Positions 55,901 through 61,900 of a stretch of 64,000 nucleotides of DNA are shown piece by piece. A program made the translations under genes and the position numbers. Source of the DNA: an uncultured bacterium. GTDB lineage: Bacteria > Omnitrophota > Omnitrophia > Omnitrophales > Aquincolibacteriaceae. The number at the start of each line of letters is the position of its first letter. The stretch's first letter is position 1. The notes under the pieces are model-generated. The model saw nothing but the letters and a program-made list of their open reading frames with translations, was not told the DNA's origin and ran no database searches. Location of the stretch: the NCBI GenBank assembly GCA_964373045.1, contig CAYJSI010000003.1, positions 9,030-73,029 of the forward strand. Reading direction: 5' to 3'.

Positions 55901-58900
55901 CCGTCAATCTCAGCATCTCTTTTCCCTCATTAAAACCTTAAGTAAGCGTATTCTGAATTTTGTTATAAGTCAATTATTATTTTTAGTTAAATCAAATTTT
56001 AATTTACTGTCTTCGGGAGTGTGGGGGATGAGGACCCCCTTCCTTACCCCCGGCCTCTTACTCCCGGCCCCTGTTTCTTCTCGCTTGGATGCGCGGCGAA
56101 GTGAAGTGCGAACGGAAATTTTGGGGGTTCGGGCTTTAAGTTCGTTGGACCGTAGTGATATTGAGGCAGGACGTAAGGGCGGCGAGATCTTTTTTCTCAG
56201 CCAGCTTCCTCGTCAACAGAGGCCGACGGATCAACAACTCATCAATCAAATCATCTGGGGGTGGCCCGCCTTCCGGGAAAACATTCTTCCTGAAATTCAT
56301 GAGAGGTTTTTAGAGCTCAATCGGTTATTGTGGTCTAACAGAAGTGTCCTTGCAAAGGATCCCGAGTTCCGAGCGTTTCTTGGATATTTTGCGGAGCGCC
56401 TGGCAAGAAGGAATTTTCTCCAAACCCCCCTTGAAGAAATATCCGGTCGAACCGAAAAGCAAGTTCTCAGAGCTTATCATCAATTCGTAACCATCAAAGA
56501 TCGCATCCTTTCGCGCTCAGAAATGCGAACCTCGAGGCAGCTTCAAGGAGAAATTGATTATTTTTTCAGAATGAAGGAAGAAGCCCGGTCTCGTGCGGAT
56601 TTGATGGAACGCATGCTGAGTGAAATTAAAATTATCCTCGAGGGAGGACGCGGGTTAAAACAGGCAGGGCGAACTCAAGAAGCGCTGGATGTCTTAGAAA
56701 TTCTTCGCAGCTACGCCGATAGACTTACGAAGTTTGCCGAAAAAATTGGGCCTGAGAAAAAATACTTTCCTCGTGGAGTCTCTCGGGAAGAGTTGCAAAA
56801 ATGGCGCGCTGAAGAGGAAGCGAGGGACGGGAATATTTTACCCGAAGCAAGCGCCGCCGATTTAAAAGCCCGATCCGCAGATCTCAAAAAACGAATCGAT
56901 GCCTTTCTTCCTCAATTCATAGAGGCCTACCGCCCGGATAATGAGCGGAAACTCGACCGTTTGAATCATCAGGTTCTGGCCCTTCATAAAGCCCGAATCA
57001 AAGTCCAGCTCTTGCAGGCCCGTCATTACCTTTTGAAATCCTCTCCCAACGAAGGAGTTCTCTCTAACCTTTTGAATTCGCTCAGGTCAAGCTACATGCG
57101 GCTGCAACAGGAATATTGGTGGCGCTGGAAGCGCTCAGTCCGTAGCGCTGAGATTCAACAAGTTGCCGTTGTCGGTCACGAAGGCCGTACTGTTCGAACC
57201 TATGATTATTCCCAATTTAAGCTGAGGGTGAAGACTGCAAAAGATGCAGACGAGGATTCCGAAAATGTTTTAATCCAAAATCGGTGGAAATTAATCGTGC
57301 AACCCGATGGTTCAAAAGTGCATCAACTCGTTCCGACCGAAATTCATTTTTCAAGTTTAGATACAACGCTTCGGGCTTCCTTGAATACGCTCATCAGCCA
57401 GGAAGAAGATTACGGACAGGTCTTGTTTAGAGTGACGGCACTTGAATACGTTGTTGAGATCCTCAAAGAAGCCGTCAAGAACGGGACAGAACGTATTTCG
57501 AATTTCCAACAGGAAATTATCAATGCGAATTTAAGAGATGTTTTAGAAGGAAAAGGCGGACTTCGTGCCGGGATCACACCGCAAAAGGAAAATGCAACGG
57601 CCAAAGTCGAGGAAGCGATTGTGCATATGAAGGCCGGAAAATTTTCCAAGGCTAGTGAAGTGCTTGAAGACGCGATCAAAAGACTTCGGAGCCGATTAAC
57701 CGATATCGAGGGGAAAAATAAGGGGATACGCCATATCACGGATTATGTTGCCCATGAACTTCGAAAAGAAGAAACCGGCAGGGCGATTCGGGAAGTTAAA
57801 ACATTAGTGGCCCAGAATGATTTTCCATCAGCCTCAGAACTTTTAACGCAGCTCTACCAAGCCAATTATCGACCGATCGCCTCAAGGCACGGACAATATG
57901 AGTCTCTTAAGCGCGAAGTTTTAGCGCTCAAAATCAATATTACTCAATTGCAACGCTTTCACGGAAAACCATCGGAAGTAGACTTAAGAAAATCCATTTT
58001 CGAAAACATTCGCCGCATTTCAAATATGACGGGTGTTCGTTCCGAGCTGCGGCGGCAGACCAAGCACAGAGCAAAGAGCATGCCTGCCCGCCGAAGCGAA
58101 GCTGCAGGCGGGGAGCGTAGAGTTAACCTTATGCCCTCTGCCAGCCCTCTGCCCGTTTCCCGCTCCAAGTCGCGTGAACGCTCAGAGGTAAGAGTCACTT
58201 CGCCTGATTTTGAGGCCAAAGCGAAGCGTCATGCTGCTGAGTATGCAGTCATGACTACGCACAGATCCTCGGACGATGAAAGTTTTCTCCCCGATTGGCT
58301 GAAGAAACTAGGGGATGTTTTTTTGGTTCGAGATCGAATGCCGCGAAGAGAAGATAAGCAATTAGCAGCGGAGAGGATTAACAGAGTACCGCGTCTATCA
58401 TCCTCCGGTAAGTTCCTCGATCTCCGTAAACCCGCATCGGATTATCTGGATGAGATAGCTTCCCGTCTTTTATTCGGGGATAACACGCCTCCTCAAACCC
58501 GCGAAGGATGGCAGGGCTTGATTTTGGACGTTGCCGCTCCAACGCTCGTCCGTCAAACGGCTTTTGCGGCGTTCGAAAAAGCAAATCCCGATTTATTTCC
58601 TCCGTCCGTGCGCATTGAAATATCGGTCCGGGATATCAATAAAGTTCCAGCCGACGGCATGATTGTGGAAACCGATTCTCATCTTCTCGGAACCCCGGGA
58701 ATGTTCCTTCGCTCGCTCGAGCTTTCTCCGGAAGGCGATGTTCCGAACATTTCCGACTGGCGCGATCAATCTAAGAATCATGAACCGGGATCAGTTGTGA
58801 TTTCTCCGTCTTTAGCTCAAGCGAAGGAGAAAACCATTGCCGGATGGAAATATGCGCTTGGCGCCATTGTGCGTTCCACGGATGAACAGCCTCTTGATGA

Positions 58901-61900
58901 AAAGATTTATAAAGCCGCGCTCAGAAAAGCACTGGAACAAGCCGACCGTTTAGGATTGGAAACCGTCACGCTGAATCATCCCGCAGCTTTGACTTGGGCC
59001 ACTACCGTGATCCGGCAATTTTCAAAGCAAAAGCGTCTTCATTTAAAATCTGTAAACATTGTTTTTTTTACGGAAAAAGATTACAACACCTCCCTTCAAT
59101 TCACTTCCCGTTCCGAGGCGAGAGAAAGGCAGTCGATAGTCGATAGTCGACGGTCCATAGCAAACCCAGTAGTTAATCCATGGGCTATAGACTCTCTTCT
59201 ATTGACTAACCCCCGCTCCGAGCTGCGACGGCCTGAGAAAAACGAAGGCCGCGCAGCCGTCCCGCGTTCAGAAGCGCGGGGCGAGGTGCGGAAGAAGAAT
59301 CAAATCAATTTTGATTTGGAACGTGAGAAGCGGAAAATACAAGAAACAAAAGAACAGTTCGGCTCGACTTTACCTTGGATGGATAAGCAGAATTTTATTC
59401 TGGATTTCTTGGTCCGGGATGCGCTTCCTATTTTTGGAAATGTTTTTCAAGGTGGCCGCCGCGCGGCACTAAGGAGAATTAACGAGGGAAGCAAAAATAA
59501 AGCAGACACGTCTCCCGTTACGAACTACGACCCTTTAATTGAAGGAAAATTTCGGGATGCGGTTGATGGGGCCTTCCCTGGTCACGGTGTCTTGGGGGAA
59601 GAACTTGCTGATCGGAACAGGCTTCGTCCTCAAACGTTTACGTCAGATCCGATTGATGGAACAGTGGACTGGAAAATACTAGGTTCGCACTTTGGAAACC
59701 TGAGCGGATATTACGACAGCATTCATACCAACGGTGAGCCGCAAGTTGCAGTCGGGTATTGGCCTCTTCTGGATATGGATGGTTCGGGCTCCATGCTTTT
59801 TGTCGGCCGCGAAGACCAAGATGGAATTCTTGTTAATGGAAAGAGAGTTGAGCGTGCCGCGATCGAAGCCATCAATCAAAGCCGCACGGTCATTATTGGA
59901 GGCAGAAGCAAGCCCAAGACGCGGCAGCTTTTAAAAGAATATTTTGAAAAACGAGGCATGATGGTGAAATTTACAAGCGCCGGCGGAGGAGAGTCCGCTG
60001 AGATGATGCTTCGTGGCACGGCACGGTTTTATATCCATCTCAATCCCGCGGCAGTCGATGCGCCTATCGGCACTTTTTTTGCTAAAAAACTTGGATTGAA
60101 AGCCACAGATCGCGAAGGCAATCCCGTAAAGGTTCCTTTTAACTATCTTCAAAATGGACTCTATTTTCACCCTTATATCATCGGATCAAACGAATCGCAC
60201 CAGGAAGCGCTAGAAGCCTTTGCCGCCATCGGAGAACCGGAAGAAGACGTCCAATGGACCCCCCTTGAAAGAAAAGCGGCTCCGGCTGATTTGATTGATC
60301 ATTTAACCCAGGAGTCGGCTCAAAGAGCGCGCCGGCTGCTTCCTCAGGATCCGGGAGTTTCCAAGAAAAAAGAAATTAAAAAGCGAGAGCTCAAACAACT
60401 TTTAGAAAGAACGGTAGCTCTAGTCGCCGAGACCGCCAGCTTGGACATGGAACGGCTGCTGAACAGTCTCATTGAAGGAGTCACGTTCAAAAAAGTTATT
60501 CCCCAGGTGGTTAAACGGGCGGTCAGCGCGTACTCCAAGAAAAAAGCGTTAGGGCAGTCGGTGATTGTTGCTCAGGCCGGAACTCCGGGAGCAGGGAAAT
60601 CCGTTGGTGGAAAATATTTAGCCGAAGCCATTGCTCGGGCCATTCAAAAGAAGTTTCCTAAAGAAAAAGTCATCGTTCCTGTTTTGAAAGAAGATAACAT
60701 TGCTTTGATCCAAAGAAATCTTCGCGGCAAAGGCTTGGCCGGAAAATTTAAATGGGCTGAACGTGACCTTGCTCTTGCGGATCTTGTCAGCGGCCAATCG
60801 GTACTTAAAGGCATCTTTGATGATACGAGCGGCGGAAACGTCCTTCTTTCTCTTGACCCGGAAGGCAATGTGGTCATTCATAACGGCAATCGGACCGTGA
60901 CCATTCGGCATAAAGCCGGCAGCGAGGTTTTTTCTTACGACGAAGTTTTGAGTCGTCCAAACGAACCTCCATTGAATCTAACAGAGGAGCAAAAACGCAA
61001 TCATATCAACATTCAGGATAGCGGAATTTTTGAGTGCGGTTCCACAAAAGTACGCATTCGAATCGAAGGAAAAGGTACAAGTGCACGGCTTATTGTTGGT
61101 TTTCAAAGTTTAGAAATCGTATCGCTCAATGAATACGGTGAACTGGAAATGCTGACACAGCTAACCGATCATGAGATTGAACCGGTTACCGGAGGCAGGG
61201 CAACCGTAAAGGCGCGCTCTCCTTTAGGAGATCTCCCTTCCTATTTAAATGAAGCGTCGGTTTTTCAGATCGAAACCGTTCAGAATCCTCAAAAAGTCGA
61301 GGACCTCCGTAAAGCTAAAGAAGCCAGAGAATTTGTCCCTTCCGGTACACCCCTTGTCTTTGACGGCCAGTTTGCATTTTTAAGGCTTAATGAAAAAGGT
61401 GGTTTTTCTCCGGATGTTCATCTCTATGACGTTACGCTGAATTATCGGGCGAATCGAATGACGCGCTGGGCAAGAGATCTTAAGCGAAGTCGTGAGCGCG
61501 GAAGAACAACGGCAGAAGCCAATGAAAACGCTCAACGGTTTTACGAAAGAGCTTTTACGGAAGAAGAACGCTCGAATCGGGCCAACGCGGAATTCGGGAT
61601 TCAGGTCAATACGACAGACCTTGCCGAATCTCTTGAACGTTTGATCCTCTATCATTTTGAACAGCAGTCCGCCTACAGTGAAATCTGGGCTCAGATGGGC
61701 ATTGATCCCAAAACCATTGATGAAGAGCAGCGCCGGGAAAATGATCTTCCCGAAACTTTGAAACTGTTGGCTCTCTGGAAAAATTTGAAATTCAAGCGAA
61801 CATTAAACGGAACCATCGACGAGTATGAAATCGGAGATTTTATCATCCGCGTAGAGAGGAGCGCTCCGTCACTTTCTAAAATCCATCGGGGACAAAATCA

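Noticed and set aside
55600-55916. Two small minus-strand ORFs (33 aa and 61 aa) with good RBS-like sequences inside the giant + ORF
   Set aside because: They are not called as features. Their hydrophobicity is the expected antisense image of an A-rich hydrophilic coding strand, and frame 0 of the + strand remains stop-free through them. They are kept only as a flagged uncertainty in the findings.
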